Shown here: positions 63,135 through 64,000 of the stretch, in pieces
How positions within the stretch are numbered: the stretch's first letter is position 1
How the letters are laid out: each line of letters starts with the position of its first letter
Assembly (NCBI GenBank): GCA_963730935.1
Contig: CAVSTP010000004.1
Location: 1,088,001-1,152,000 of the forward strand
Length of the DNA stretch: 64,000 nucleotides
From: an uncultured Nitrospiraceae bacterium
Lineage (GTDB): Bacteria > Nitrospirota > Nitrospiria > Nitrospirales > Nitrospiraceae
Direction: 5' to 3'
The notes under the pieces: model-generated
What the model was told of the DNA's origin: nothing
Seen by the model: the letters and a program-made list of their open reading frames with translations, nothing else
Database searches by the model: none
Program-made: the position numbers and the translations under genes

Positions 63135-64000
63135 CTACGAGACCAGTGGCTGGGTTTGAACGCTATAGCGGTCAGATTGATAAACTCGATTAAGAAGATC
63201 TATCAGGATTCGTCCTGAGGCCAGATGTGACCTTCATGCCAAGTCATGCTGGCATCCCAATATCCGGGACACGAATAGACAGCTTGCGCATTGTAACAAT
63301 AGCTCACTTCAACGATGAGCGGTCGCCGACTTTCGGTCAAGACAAAATCAAAGGCCATACTTTGTGATTTCGCCTTCTGCGCCACATCGAAGGCTATCTC
63401 AACACACACCTGATGAATTCGCCCTGAATCATACACGATATCCCCGCTGCCTGACGCTCGAAAGTCGCCTGGACGAACGTTTCGAGTAAAAGCAAATGCA
63501 CGATCGCCGATGACAGTCACACGGGTATCAAAATTGTTATTAGGAATGAATTCTTGAAAATATACATAGCCATTTTCCGATCCCATCAAACGCTTCATGT
63601 CTCAAATCCTGGCTAAGACTTCGGGGATTCTTTTCACAACCTTTAAAAGATCGCCTCGCTTGCTGGCTGCACGATAGCGCCTTACGGCATCTTGGCCATA
63701 ATGGGGAACCGGAGAGAAGCCGGTGGAAAAGGCTCGTCTCGTCAGTGCAGACGCTTCCTTTGCACTCCGTACGAGCCTCACATTACTAGAGCCTGCTCCC
63801 TTGCGTAGCTTGAAAACCTTGGGATAGGACGTTTCATCAATCCAATGCAACGCGTCATCGAGGCTATAGAAAACATATGTGGGAACCAGCGGAGCGCCGA
63901 TGGCCTCCAACAGATACTTTTGAGCGATTTTGTCGTCAAAATGCCAACAAGTGGCTGTACTGGGAAATACAGTAAGGCCCATGGTTTCTGCAGCCATGAT
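63135..64000 (-). pseudogene. RimK-like ATP-grasp protein, partial at the window edge and interrupted
   Basis: FDDKIAQKYLLE, PKVFKLRKGAGSSNV; YFQEFIP, DFRASGSG, MAFDF, IVEVSY in the second ORF. Confidence 0.75.

Overview
Bacterial chromosomal window; gene content and synteny look Nitrospira-like (inference, not searched). 1-17.6 kb is housekeeping: partial lepA, bioA, a SAM hydrolase, greA, a PyrR-attenuated pyrR-pyrB-pyrC-carA-carB operon with envelope genes interleaved, a 596-aa unknown and proA. 17.7-30.8 kb is a type II secretion/type IV pilus-like cluster (TPR+cohesin-like secretin, pseudopilins, GspE/F, PilMNO-like, LysM lipoprotein) bracketed by nucleotide-sugar genes. 34.4-64 kb is a large surface-polysaccharide locus (Wzc, PGT-dehydratase fusion, aminotransferase, glycosyltransferases, tailoring enzymes) whose distal part is heavily frameshifted. 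Only two genes after bioA lie on the + strand; both encode predicted secreted proteins and both have a sigma54-type promoter. One is a 7x BACON/Ig-like stalk ending in an Fn3 domain that seems to lack strand A; the other is a beta-helix protein ending in a Gly/Ser linker plus an isolated Fn3 strand-A-like peptide. The leading hypothesis is a strand-complementation surface assembly exported by the adjacent secretion system; this is untested.
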